Positions 18,324 through 28,502 of a stretch of DNA of 64,000 nucleotides are shown one piece after another. The stretch covers positions 217,485-281,484 of the forward strand of contig JAHBVJ010000003.1 in assembly GCA_019637615.1 (NCBI GenBank). The letters run 5' to 3'. The notes beneath the pieces are model-generated. The model had not been told where the DNA came from and searched no databases. It saw only the letters and a program-made list of their open reading frames with translations. Each line of letters begins with the position of its first letter. The stretch's first letter is position 1. This DNA comes from Anaerolineae bacterium (GTDB taxonomy: Bacteria; Chloroflexota; Anaerolineae; Aggregatilineales; UBA2796). The translations under genes were made by a program, and so were the position numbers.

Positions 18324-19508
18324 TTATTGCTGCGGCGGCGCAATGGGCAGCAGAATGGTAACGGTGGTGCCTTTGCCGAATTCACTCAGGATGGCGAAGT
18401 CGCCTAGATGAATTTGCACCGTGCCATACGCGATGGCTAGACCCAAGCCAATACCCTGCTGCTCTTGCTTATCACGATCAAATTGGAAAAATGGCTGCGT
18501 CAAGCTGGGCAATACATCGGCTGGAATGCCACGCCCCTGATCCCGTATCACTAATTCAATCTGGCCTGATTTCTGGCCTACTTCGATGGTCACTGTCTGG
18601 TCGGCGTGGCTGAATAGGATGGCATTACGCAGCACTTCGTACAGCGCCGCGATGAGTGACCCGACCAACATCTTCACGTTGGTTGGCTGTGGCAGCGTAC
18701 TGACCAATTCCAGCGTGATGTGATGACTCTTGGCATCATGCTCCGCGATCTGGATGGCCTTCTTGAGGACGGTGTTGAAGTCCATCGGCTGCGCGATCTT
18801 CGAATATTGCAGCCGCAAATGCCCGTTGATCAACTCCGAGTAGCGTAAGGTCTGTTCCATCACACGATTCAAGCGCTGAATCCCAATCCGCATCATGTTC
18901 AGGCTGAACTGAAGGTCTTCATCCTTGCGCGGCGATTGTGGGTTGGACATCGTTTCTTCCAAGATGTCGAAACCACCGACTACGGTCGTCAACGGCGTGC
19001 GGAGTTCATGCGAGAGCATCTCGATGATGTGACGGCGAACCTTGTCGAGCTGTTCCTCAGCGCGGCGACGGAAGGACTGCGCACGGCGGAGTTTGTTGCG
19101 GATCACAATCACGAGCTTTTCAGGATCGAAAGGCTTGACCAAATACTCATCGATACCGCGTTCGTGCGCGTTGCGCATATGCTCGGGAGAGCCATAGGCC
19201 GTCAGGAAAATAAACGGCAGCGGCCCCACATCGGGCATCTGACGGACGTTGTCTAGCAGCGAGTAGCCATCCATGCGCGGCATTTTGATGTCACTGACGA
19301 TAATATCGGGGTGAGCAGTTCCGGAGCGCAGCAGATCAAGCGCTTCTTGACCGTCGGCAGCGGCGATGACCGTGAAATTTTCCAGCTTCAAGACCAATTC
19401 CGTGCCTTGCCGGAGATCACGGTCATCCTCAACGAGTAGAACCGTTGGCGTACTTTCTTCCGTATCAAGTACGTCATAGGGGGAAGGTGTGAAGAATTCG
19501 CGCATCAA
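18324..19508 (-). CDS. Hybrid protein: N-terminal response-regulator receiver plus HisKA/HATPase histidine kinase
   Basis: REC domain VLLVEDD...IIVSDIKMPRMDG...K; H-box SHELRTPLTT; N, G1 (DQGRGI) and G2 (GIGLGL) boxes. Confidence 0.9.
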   Translation of the reverse strand: MMREFFTPSPYDVLDTEESTPTVLLVEDDRDLRQGTELVLKLENFTVIAAADGQEALDLLRSGTAHPDIIVSDIKMPRMDGYSLLDNVRQMPDVGPLPFIFLTAYGSPEHMRNAHERGIDEYLVKPFDPEKLVIVIRNKLRRAQSFRRRAEEQLDKVRRHIIEMLSHELRTPLTTVVGGFDILEETMSNPQSPRKDEDLQFSLNMMRIGIQRLNRVMEQTLRYSELINGHLRLQYSKIAQPMDFNTVLKKAIQIAEHDAKSHHITLELVSTLPQPTNVKMLVGSLIAALYEVLRNAILFSHADQTVTIEVGQKSGQIELVIRDQGRGIPADVLPSLTQPFFQFDRDKQEQQGIGLGLAIAYGTVQIHLGDFAILSEFGKGTTVTILLPIAPPQQ

Positions 19509-19793
19509 TATCGCCTGTAGACTTCAAAATTGGTAAAGAAAACAATTGCTTTAATGATAGACATATTTTGACATCTGTGTATAAAGAAATCGTTCTATTG
19601 GTGAATTTTTCAGAATTGTTCGTTGCGTTTGACACGCTCGTTGAACGGCTAACCAAGCAGTGACTAGGAAACGTTCACCCTACGCTAAGGTCATGTATCT
19701 TTGTAATCCCCATGAGTAAAGGTATGATCCAGTGCTGCGCTGTCCCTAAGATGAAGCGCTTGCTTGTTGATGCTGAGGAGAAGTTGATTCGTT

Positions 19794-21167
19794 ATGAGTT
19801 CTCTACGCGGACGTACACGCGATAGCAGTTGGCAGTGGTTGCTGATCGGGCTAGTGTTGGCGATGGGATGCTGCGGCATCTTCGCGGTAGGCACTTATGC
19901 ACTTGGCATATGGGTGCCCAATATTCCCGGTTTGGCGCTGAACCCCACCGCGCAACCTGCGATCCAAACACAAATTATCATCATCACGACGACTCCTGCG
20001 CCCACGATCCCAGTGGCAGCGACTACGGACTCAGCAAACTCCACAGCGGGTACCGCTCCGACCGAGTTTGTACAGAGACCGACGGATAGTCAAATGGTGC
20101 AGCCAACTGCCAGTGGAGGCACGACCCCGGTTGCGATTGGCAACACGCCTGCTGGCATCACACCAGCGACACAGATTCCCCTGCCAACGCAAACTAGTTC
20201 GGGCAGTGTGGCTACCATCGATACGTCAGCCAGTGTGAGCGGGGCGGATGCGTTAGCCGCGATCAAAACAGTGCTGGTGGAATTCAAGAATGGTAGTTCC
20301 TTCTTGATGGGCACTGATCTGACTGAAGCGACACGTGCTATCGAGGACTGTGTGGATCGCGATGCGGGTAAATGCCAAGCATCAGACGCACAAGATTCGA
20401 TCCCTTCGCATGAAGTGCTGATCAACGCTTTTTCTATCGAGAAATACGAAGTTAGTACCGAGCAGTACGTGGCTTTCCTGAATTCGCTTGGCCCCAACAG
20501 CCACCGTACAGGTTGCGACGGGTCGATCTGCGCCGCCATCGTGGATGATCAGCAATTCAGCCATATCAAATTCGACGGCGTGAAGTACGTTGTTGCCAAC
20601 CCGTTGTTCAATGACCGCCCGATCACCTTTGTCACGTGGTATGGCGCGGATTCGTACTGCCGTGCCATTGGTCGGCGTTTGCCAACCGAAGCGGAATGGG
20701 AATTCGCGGCACGCGGCGGGCAGAGCCAGAATATTTATCCGTGGGGCAATTTCTGGGATCCGAAGGCTGATCCGAACCGCGCCCTGACTTCGCGTTCCCG
20801 CACAGAAAATCAGCTTGGCCCTTCCGAAGTGACGGCGTATCCTACCGGTGCGACAGCAACAGGCATCTTCAACATGGCTGGCAACGTGTCCGAATGGGTA
20901 GCGGATTGGTACGATGGTGGCTACTATGGCACGCTGCCGCCGAACACCGTCGATCCCAAAGGCCCTGCTGCCAGCCCCAGTAACCACAAGGTGCTGCGCG
21001 GCGGCGATTGGGATGCACTGCCATTCTTCGCGCGGACTGTCCACCGCCGTGATGCTGATCCGGTGGATGCGCGGGCAACGCTCGGCTTTCGCTGTGCTTC
21101 GAATGAATCTGTGCAGGCGGGTGCTGGCAACCCGACGCCGCTACCATCTGGCGGCGTGACGCAGTAA
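19794..21167 (+). CDS. Membrane-anchored formylglycine-generating-enzyme (SUMF1/FGE-sulfatase) domain protein
   Basis: N-terminal TM WQWLLIGLVLAMGCCGIFAVG, Thr/Pro/Ala-rich linker, then VTWYGADSYCRAIGRRLPTEAEWEFAARGG...RGGDW...GFRCA. Confidence 0.85.
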   Translation: MSSLRGRTRDSSWQWLLIGLVLAMGCCGIFAVGTYALGIWVPNIPGLALNPTAQPAIQTQIIIITTTPAPTIPVAATTDSANSTAGTAPTEFVQRPTDSQMVQPTASGGTTPVAIGNTPAGITPATQIPLPTQTSSGSVATIDTSASVSGADALAAIKTVLVEFKNGSSFLMGTDLTEATRAIEDCVDRDAGKCQASDAQDSIPSHEVLINAFSIEKYEVSTEQYVAFLNSLGPNSHRTGCDGSICAAIVDDQQFSHIKFDGVKYVVANPLFNDRPITFVTWYGADSYCRAIGRRLPTEAEWEFAARGGQSQNIYPWGNFWDPKADPNRALTSRSRTENQLGPSEVTAYPTGATATGIFNMAGNVSEWVADWYDGGYYGTLPPNTVDPKGPAASPSNHKVLRGGDWDALPFFARTVHRRDADPVDARATLGFRCASNESVQAGAGNPTPLPSGGVTQ

Positions 21168-21201
21168 CCGCACTCGTTCGTTCCACCATCAACATGCATT
21201 G

Positions 21202-21228
21202 AGGTCGCTCTTATAAGCGACCTTTTTT
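21202..21228 (+). terminator. Rho-independent terminator after the FGE-like gene
   Basis: AGGTCGC-tcttataa-GCGACCT followed by TTTTT. Confidence 0.85.
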
Positions 21229-21342
21229 GTAGATTCGTCAATTTATGCGATAACTATCGTCAATTTCGCGAATTCCCCATTAACATCCTGCGTCATATTC
21301 GGTTAGAATTGCCGTTATGTATTGATAGTGTCGAGGTTCACT

Positions 21343-22536
21343 GTGCGTCCCACCAAGCCGATCTATCTTGATCACGCGGCTACTACCCCCACCGATCCGC
21401 GCGTTGTTGAAGCGATGCTGCCGTATTTCACGGAAGCGTATGGAAATCCATCCTCTACTCACCGATTTGGGCGTACGGCAGATAATGCCGTCGAAAAAGC
21501 TAGAGAGACCATCGCAGGTATCCTCAATTGCGAACGGCGGGAGATCGTGTTCACGAGCTGCGGGACAGAAAGCGATAACCTCGCACTGCGCACAACAGCG
21601 ATCACGGCTAAACTGCGTGGAGAGACGGCGCATTTACTGACTGCCCATACTGAGCATCATGCCATCAGCCACACTGCGGCCCAACTTGAGCAGACGATGG
21701 GCACAAGGGTAACGTGGCTGCCCGTCGAAGCGGATGGGACGGTCGATCCGGCTGCCTTGCAGGCGTTATTGGATGGTACCACGGGCGCGGATACACTGGT
21801 CAGCGTGATGTATGCGAACAACGAAGTCGGCACGATCCAGCCGATTCCCAAACTGGCAGCAGTAGCGCACGCGGCTGGTGCCTTGTTCCATACGGACGCG
21901 GTGCAGGCGGGTGGACAACTACCGATGGATGTGAAAGCGTTGGGCGCGGATATGCTGGCGCTAACGGCGCACAAATTTTACGGGCCAAAAGGCGTCGGGC
22001 TGTTGTATGTGCGTGACGGACTCTCCATTATTCCGGCGCAAACGGGCGGCGGTCAGGAAGCGCAGCGCCGCGCGGGGACGCATAATGTGCCGCTGATCGT
22101 GGGGATGGCAAAGGCGCTTGAATTGGCCTACGCCGAGCTGAACAATCGCACTACGCATTATCGTCATCTGCGGGATCGGTTGATCGAAGGCGTGTTGGCG
22201 ACGATTCTGGGTGCGACTCTAACAGGCGCAGATGGCGATCATCGCTTGCCGAATCATGCCAGTTTCATCCTCGACGGCATTGATGCCAACGCACTCCTGA
22301 TGCATCTTGATCTCAGTGGGATCGCGTGCAGCAGCGGTTCTGCCTGTAACACGGGCAATCCGGAGCCATCCGACGTGCTATTATGTCTTGGCTACGAGCC
22401 AGCGCGTGCCCTCGGCAGTCTGCGCCTAACGGTAGGGCAGCAAACCACCGATGCAGATATTGATTATGTGTTGCAGGTGCTACCGCAAGCAGTTCAGCGC
22501 GTGCGGGGTGTACGCGAGGCTCAGGGACTTCTGTGA
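21343..22536 (+). CDS. Cysteine desulfurase (class V aminotransferase, NifS/IscS-like)
   Basis: IYLDHAATTP, PLP-lysine motif LTAHKFYGPKG, active-site loop CSSGSAC. The start is GTG 21343 (GAGG upstream) or TTG 21322. Confidence 0.9.
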   Translation: MRPTKPIYLDHAATTPTDPRVVEAMLPYFTEAYGNPSSTHRFGRTADNAVEKARETIAGILNCERREIVFTSCGTESDNLALRTTAITAKLRGETAHLLTAHTEHHAISHTAAQLEQTMGTRVTWLPVEADGTVDPAALQALLDGTTGADTLVSVMYANNEVGTIQPIPKLAAVAHAAGALFHTDAVQAGGQLPMDVKALGADMLALTAHKFYGPKGVGLLYVRDGLSIIPAQTGGGQEAQRRAGTHNVPLIVGMAKALELAYAELNNRTTHYRHLRDRLIEGVLATILGATLTGADGDHRLPNHASFILDGIDANALLMHLDLSGIACSSGSACNTGNPEPSDVLLCLGYEPARALGSLRLTVGQQTTDADIDYVLQVLPQAVQRVRGVREAQGLL

Positions 22537-22541
22537 AACAA

Positions 22542-22557
22542 GCCTCAGCGCTGAGGC
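22542..22557 (+). terminator. Palindromic hairpin after the cysteine desulfurase gene
   Basis: GCCTCAGCGCTGAGGC, 5 nt after the stop; a modest T-run (GATTTT) lies 8 nt downstream. Confidence 0.45.
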
Positions 22558-22710
22558 CATACGATTTTCGAGTTTGGTGGGGGCGACACTCGTGGACGAT
22601 TTCACTGGAACACCCAGTAGAACTAACTTTATAATGTGGGGAAGAGAGTATTAGGTAAAAATGGCAGCATTTACTAGTGGAATCGCAGCGTCCGGAAGGT
22701 TTGGTTAACC

Positions 22711-22950
22711 ATGTCCGACCTGCCTGATCCCGTTATTCCAGCATCCACACCACCGGAAGAGGTTATCAAATGGATGATCTTCTATCTTGGCGGATTTACG
22801 ACCACCGTACAGCAAATGGCAGACGTACTCGCCACCGAAGCACACGTCGAGGCACATCCCAAAGCACTGGTGACACTGCAACGTCGCGCTCGCGATATGA
22901 TGCAGTTTAACGAGATGTTGAGCAACTACTTAAAAGACCGCACGGGTTAG
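22711..22950 (+). CDS. Small hypothetical protein (79 aa)
   Basis: ORF with GGAAGG upstream and plausible amino-acid composition; no motif recognised. Confidence 0.45.
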   Translation: MSDLPDPVIPASTPPEEVIKWMIFYLGGFTTTVQQMADVLATEAHVEAHPKALVTLQRRARDMMQFNEMLSNYLKDRTG

Positions 22951-23735
22951 CGGCGCTTCAGACTGGCAAGATGACGACGCGCATCTGCAATGTCAGCCCG
23001 CAGAGAAGAAGCCATCTCGCGCAGCATATCGCGCCCTTGGCTACGCGCAAGGCTGTATTCGATCTTGAACTGCATCAGAGGACACGTCATCAACCGTTGG
23101 TGTTCGATCTTCGCCCAGTCGATCTCGTCATCCAGTTTATGGAGCATCGCGGTGAGATCGTTGAGGGTTTGCTGCGCGCTCGGCGGTGGCGGCTCGACAG
23201 GCGCGACGGTTTTGGTATGGCGTTTGCCGCCGTCTAGCTCCAGCGCCCGCAGTTCCTTATAATTCCTTGCGCGATATGCCGCGTTGATTTGTGCCATCAG
23301 CACGGTACGGCGCTGTTTTTCCACTGGATCGGTGGTGGTGTCGGGATGATACTGCCGCGCCAACTTGCGGTACAGCAGCTTGAGTTCTTTATCGCTGGCG
23401 GTGACTTTGGCATATTCCAACTCAACGGAATCGGGCTGTGGGCCGTGCCGATATTTCGCATCGAAGGCTTCCTCCAGCGAGCCATATGGCCCCCAGATCG
23501 GATCGCCCGCGCCACTCATCGAAAATGGCTGATCTGCCATCTGCAAATTCTCGATGGCTTGCCATACGCTGTCCAGTTCGTTTTGCAATTTGCCGATCAG
23601 ACGGTCATAAAGCTGGCCGAACTTATCCAGTTCGTCCTGCAATTTGCTGAGTTCAGCGCGATGTTGTGCCAAGATAGCCCGCTTGCGCTCGATTTGTGCA
23701 TAGAGTTGTTCGATGCGTAACTTATCCAAGGACAT
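22947..23735 (-). CDS. J-domain protein flanked by coiled-coil segments
   Basis: 262 aa. The central J-domain is [20 protein letters not shown]...INAAY (HPD present). The N-terminus shows a heptad-like EQLYAQIERKRAILAQHRAELSKLQDELDK. Confidence 0.85.
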   Translation of the reverse strand: MSLDKLRIEQLYAQIERKRAILAQHRAELSKLQDELDKFGQLYDRLIGKLQNELDSVWQAIENLQMADQPFSMSGAGDPIWGPYGSLEEAFDAKYRHGPQPDSVELEYAKVTASDKELKLLYRKLARQYHPDTTTDPVEKQRRTVLMAQINAAYRARNYKELRALELDGGKRHTKTVAPVEPPPPSAQQTLNDLTAMLHKLDDEIDWAKIEHQRLMTCPLMQFKIEYSLARSQGRDMLREMASSLRADIADARRHLASLKRR

Positions 23736-24156
23736 AGCGCGATCCCGCCCAGTGATTTTTGAGAATTATAAGTGATTTTCGAGGAACGGATTCGGCGTTG
23801 TGGATACTAATTCGGTTATAGATAACATTCGGGAAATTTGGTCATCAGAAAATTGAGAGATTATTGTGAATTTATGATAGACAATTGTTTATATCGATGC
23901 TGACACAGAATTATCGGGCAGCTATACGAGCGGCAGCGTGAATTGAAGAAAGGATGCGTCCCATGTTATGATGATCATAAGAATGGGCGTCTGCATACCT
24001 AAAGGGCTGTAAGATATGTATTAACGGCCTCGCACAAAGCGGGTAACTTGCATGGACTGAGATTAAGCAACCTAGGTACCCTGAATATCCATGTCCTACT
24101 GTCCCTTTCTATTCAATGTTCTCTTCACGTTTGAGATGGTAAGGATGTAATGGGTT

Positions 24157-27100
24157 ATGGAGACAGAGCAACAGGTGCTCTCCGCGCTAATACAGGCTCG
24201 GCACGAATTAGAAGCGGCTAAGACGAAAGTGGCAGCGTTAGAAGCTGACTTTGCCGCTGCCGGTAGACCTAGCAATTACGAGAATGCCGACCCTTCATCC
24301 GACGCAGATATTCCACCAAAGCAAGTATTTTTTCGTAAACTCATTGAATTTAGCCAAGATAATATTGCGCTGGTCGATGCCCGTGGCAGAACGCTGTATA
24401 CCAATCCGAAACACAACGTATTGGGCTACACCTTGGAAGAACACGCCGCGCGGAGTTTCAGTGTCATTATCCATCCCGATGACGTACAACGCACACAGCA
24501 GTTCTTCGCGGCACTTTTGGCAGCTCCGGGCGCGACACGCATCATCGAGGTGCGGTTTCTTCACAAGATGGGGCATTACGTTTGGGTAGAAGTCAGCGCG
24601 ACCAATCTCCTCCATGACCCAGACGTAGGCGGGATCGTCACCAACAGCCGCGATATAACTTCCCGCAAATTGGCAGAACAAGAAGTACGTGCCAGCGAAG
24701 CCCGTTACCGACAAGTAGTTGAACAGCAGACCGATCTGATCTGCCGATATGACTCCGATTTCAGATTAACGTTCGTGAACGAGGCTTACAGCCGCGCCCA
24801 CGGAAAGCCTGCTAATGAATTGATCGGGGTTTGCTTTCTGGACTATGTTTTGCCAGAGGATCGCGCACAAATCGTCGCCAATATCCAGACGTTAAGCCAT
24901 GCCCAACCAGACGCTGAATATGAAAATCGCATGTATGACGCTGAGGGAAAGCTGCGTTGGTTCCAATGGAAAGACAGCATCTTGCTGGATGATGAAAACA
25001 ACATCCGCGAGTATCAAGGCGTCGGGCGTGAGATCACCGAGCGGAAGAATCTCGAAACGGAGCAATGGCATCAACTGCAAGTCATCGAAGAGATGCGCGG
25101 CATGTTGCAAGCCAGCCTCGACGCTTCTCCTAATCATATGGCGGTGGTGGAGCGGGACGGCACAATCATCACGGTAAATACTGCTTGGAAACGCTATGGT
25201 GACCAAAATGGCGTTACGCGTCCGGTCAACTATCTTGGTGCCAATTATCTCGCTGTTTGTAGACAAGCCACTGGCAAAGAGGCTGCCTTCGCCGCGCAAG
25301 TCGCGGACGGCATCGAAGATGTCATCGAGGGACGGCGTGACAGTTTTGCGGTCGAGTATCCCTGTCACAGCCCAACTCAACAGCGGTGGTTTCGGATGCA
25401 CGTTACTCCTTTTGACGAGCGTGCGCCGCGTCGTGTCGTCATCAACCATTTCGACGTAACCCAACACAAGCAGACAGAACAGATCATCAAGACGGCGCAT
25501 GATACGCTAGAGCAGCGTGTAGCAGAACGCACGGCGGAGTTAGCCAGCACTACGCAGCAGCTTGAAGCCAGCTTGGAACATGAGCGCGAGTTTCAACATT
25601 ACCTGATGAAACTGCACGAAGTCGTGATCGAGCTAACGACTATCGATGAATTAGATGAGTTTTATCAGCGTGTCGTCAAGCTTGGCTTGGAACAGCTAGG
25701 CTTTGAGCGCTTGGCACTGTTCTTATACGATGCGGAACATGGGCACGCCACGGGTACTTATGGGACTGATTCACAGAGGAATGTGATCCCGGAGCATCAC
25801 TTGCGGTTGGCATCCACCGATTCCGAAAAGATCATGATGCAGGCGCTGCTCAATTCCAAGCGCTTCATATTCGATGAAAACGCGGTGCTTCAGTCGAATC
25901 TGGCACCGATTGGCAACGGCTGGAACGCGGCATCGGTGCTATGGGATGGACATCGCGGGTTGGGCTGGTTGACCGCCGATAACGCGATCAGCAAACAGCC
26001 TGCCAGTACGATGCAGCTCGACATCTTGGCGCTGTACAGCCTGAGCGTGGGGACGCTGCTGGCGCGCAAGCAAGCCGAGGTGCGGTTGGCGGAAGAACGC
26101 AACTTGATGCGCACGCTGATCGATGCCGTGCCGGATTTTCTGTACGTCAAGGACATCAAGCATCGCACCTTGCTCAATAATGTGTCACGGGGACGCTCAT
26201 TAGGCTTCCAGACCGCCGAGGAAGTGAACGGCACCACTGACGCCGACTTCTACCCATCAGAGTTAGCGGCTAAGTTCCATGCCGAAGAAGATGAACTCTT
26301 TTGCACGGGAACACCGCTGCTCGATCATGAAGAATATTCGAGAACGGTTAGCGGCGAACTCAAATGGGTTTCAACCAACAAAGTACCGCTGCGCAATCTG
26401 AAGGGTGAGATCATCGGGTTGGCGGGCGTCAGTCGGGATATTTCCGAGCGTAAGGCGCGTGAACGTGAGTTGCGCTTCCACGCGGGGCTGCAAGAAGCCG
26501 TGATGGATGCCGTGATCGCAACCGACATGGAATTCAATATCCAGAGCTGGAACAAAGCCGCCGAGAAGATGTATGGTTGGTCTGCCGAGGAAGTTCTTGG
26601 CGTATACATTCGGGATATTCTGAAGCCACACTTCGCCTCCGATTATGTTGCCGATCATATGCGTGAGATCGTAGTCGAAAATGGATACTGGGTTGGTGAG
26701 GTTATTCACCATCATCGAGATGGGAGGCACCTGCATATCTTGAGTTCGGTGGTGCTGCTCAAGGATAATAATGGACAGCCCATCGGCGCTGTCGAGGTTA
26801 ACCATGACATCACTGAACGCAAACATGCCGACGATGTCCTCCAGCAAAAAATTGAAGAAGAGCGCGAATTCCAGCACTACCTAAAAGAACTGCACGACAT
26901 CAGCATGGAATTGGCACTGATCGATCAGCTCGATGATTTCTACCGAGTCGCCGTCGAACAAGGTTTGCAGCGGCTTGGCTTTGAGCGGCTGGCTCTATTC
27001 CTGTACGATCAGGAAGCGGGCATGTTCGACGGTACGTTTGGAACAGGCCCCGCCGGGGAAATCACCGATGAGCGGCAGCTCCGCTTTATCCCGCAACCGA

Positions 27101-28497
27101 ACGGCGTGATGATGCGCGCGCTCACCCGCGCCGAACGCATCTGCGTAGACGAAGATACAGCGCTGTTCAGCGATCTGAAAACAATTGGCACAGGCTGGAA
27201 CGCAGCGGCGGTGCTGTGGAACGGGACGCGCAGCATCGGTCTGTTAGTGGCGGACAACTTCATCACCCATAAACCATGCACCAAACAGACGCTAGACCTT
27301 CTCGCCCTATACGCGCTGACGATTGGCACGCTGCTTGGTCGCAAACAGACAGAAGTAGCGTTGCGGCAGTCAGAAGCCAGTTTGCTTTCCGTGATGAACA
27401 GCACATCGGTCGGGATCGTCTTGGTTGGGCGTGACGGCGTGATTCGTCTGGCGAATCAGTTAGCGCACACTTATAGTACATGGCTATACCAGCATGAGAT
27501 CGTCGCTGGTAAAACCTCGATCTATGAGTTAGGTGTGGTGGAGCGCGTCAAGCTAGAAGCTACCTTTGCCCAAGTCTTCGCGGGGCAGCGGATGGCTCAT
27601 GAAATCTCTAAAACGATCGGGACGCAACTCTACGCGTTCGACATGCATTATGATCCGGTCGTCACGTCCACCGGTGAAACTATCGGCGCGACAGTTTCGA
27701 TCATTAACATTAGCACCCATAAGGAAGCCGAAGCAGCACTGCGGCAAGCCTTCGAGAAGGAAAAAGAACTGGGCGAACTGAAATCGCGCTTTGTATCGAT
27801 GGCATCACATGAATTCCGTACACCGCTCGCGACAATTCTGGCGACTACCGAAACACTCATGCACTACCGATCTCGCATCACCGATGAGCAGATCGATTTG
27901 CGCTTTGAGAAAATTCGCCAGCAAGTGTGGCATATGAAGGAGATCATGGAAGACATCCTTCAGCTTTCGCGCATACAGACTGGTCATATGGATTTCAACC
28001 CGACTTACGCGGATTTGAACGAACTATGCAGTGAAATCGTCGAAGAGCATCTGAGTTCAGCCAGTACCCCCAATCGTATTGTGTATTCTTGCGCGCAACC
28101 ACCCGTGATAGCCCACATCGATCTGCGCTTGATGCGTCAGATCATCAATAATCTGGTGACCAATGCCCTCAAGTACTCGCCGTCCGATAGCGCGGTGCGC
28201 GTCACGTTGAGCAGCCACGACGAACAGGTGGTAATTTCAGTAGCAGATGACGGCATTGGCATCCCACCGGAAGATCGTAAGCACCTGTTCGCGCCGTTCC
28301 ATCGCGCGGGGAATGTCGGCGCGATCTCCGGCACGGGGCTAGGATTGGTGATCATCAAACAGGCAGTGGAACTGCACGGTGGCACTATTCATGTGGATAG
28401 TCAGGTCGGCGTCGGCACCACCTTCACTATTGTGATCCCAATCACGACGAAGTCCTCTTCTGAAGACGAAAATGTGATGGAATCGCCAGAAGGATAG
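24157..28497 (+). CDS. Large cytoplasmic multi-PAS / GAF sensor histidine kinase
   Basis: 1446 aa. Repeated PAS-type blocks with RDITERK/HDITERK/RDISERK junctions, two GAF-like blocks, H-box SHEFRTPLAT, then N, G1 (DDGIGI) and G2 (GTGLGL) boxes. Confidence 0.92.
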   Translation: METEQQVLSALIQARHELEAAKTKVAALEADFAAAGRPSNYENADPSSDADIPPKQVFFRKLIEFSQDNIALVDARGRTLYTNPKHNVLGYTLEEHAARSFSVIIHPDDVQRTQQFFAALLAAPGATRIIEVRFLHKMGHYVWVEVSATNLLHDPDVGGIVTNSRDITSRKLAEQEVRASEARYRQVVEQQTDLICRYDSDFRLTFVNEAYSRAHGKPANELIGVCFLDYVLPEDRAQIVANIQTLSHAQPDAEYENRMYDAEGKLRWFQWKDSILLDDENNIREYQGVGREITERKNLETEQWHQLQVIEEMRGMLQASLDASPNHMAVVERDGTIITVNTAWKRYGDQNGVTRPVNYLGANYLAVCRQATGKEAAFAAQVADGIEDVIEGRRDSFAVEYPCHSPTQQRWFRMHVTPFDERAPRRVVINHFDVTQHKQTEQIIKTAHDTLEQRVAERTAELASTTQQLEASLEHEREFQHYLMKLHEVVIELTTIDELDEFYQRVVKLGLEQLGFERLALFLYDAEHGHATGTYGTDSQRNVIPEHHLRLASTDSEKIMMQALLNSKRFIFDENAVLQSNLAPIGNGWNAASVLWDGHRGLGWLTADNAISKQPASTMQLDILALYSLSVGTLLARKQAEVRLAEERNLMRTLIDAVPDFLYVKDIKHRTLLNNVSRGRSLGFQTAEEVNGTTDADFYPSELAAKFHAEEDELFCTGTPLLDHEEYSRTVSGELKWVSTNKVPLRNLKGEIIGLAGVSRDISERKARERELRFHAGLQEAVMDAVIATDMEFNIQSWNKAAEKMYGWSAEEVLGVYIRDILKPHFASDYVADHMREIVVENGYWVGEVIHHHRDGRHLHILSSVVLLKDNNGQPIGAVEVNHDITERKHADDVLQQKIEEEREFQHYLKELHDISMELALIDQLDDFYRVAVEQGLQRLGFERLALFLYDQEAGMFDGTFGTGPAGEITDERQLRFIPQPNGVMMRALTRAERICVDEDTALFSDLKTIGTGWNAAAVLWNGTRSIGLLVADNFITHKPCTKQTLDLLALYALTIGTLLGRKQTEVALRQSEASLLSVMNSTSVGIVLVGRDGVIRLANQLAHTYSTWLYQHEIVAGKTSIYELGVVERVKLEATFAQVFAGQRMAHEISKTIGTQLYAFDMHYDPVVTSTGETIGATVSIINISTHKEAEAALRQAFEKEKELGELKSRFVSMASHEFRTPLATILATTETLMHYRSRITDEQIDLRFEKIRQQVWHMKEIMEDILQLSRIQTGHMDFNPTYADLNELCSEIVEEHLSSASTPNRIVYSCAQPPVIAHIDLRLMRQIINNLVTNALKYSPSDSAVRVTLSSHDEQVVISVADDGIGIPPEDRKHLFAPFHRAGNVGAISGTGLGLVIIKQAVELHGGTIHVDSQVGVGTTFTIVIPITTKSSSEDENVMESPEG

Positions 28498-28502
28498 GAC
28501 AT

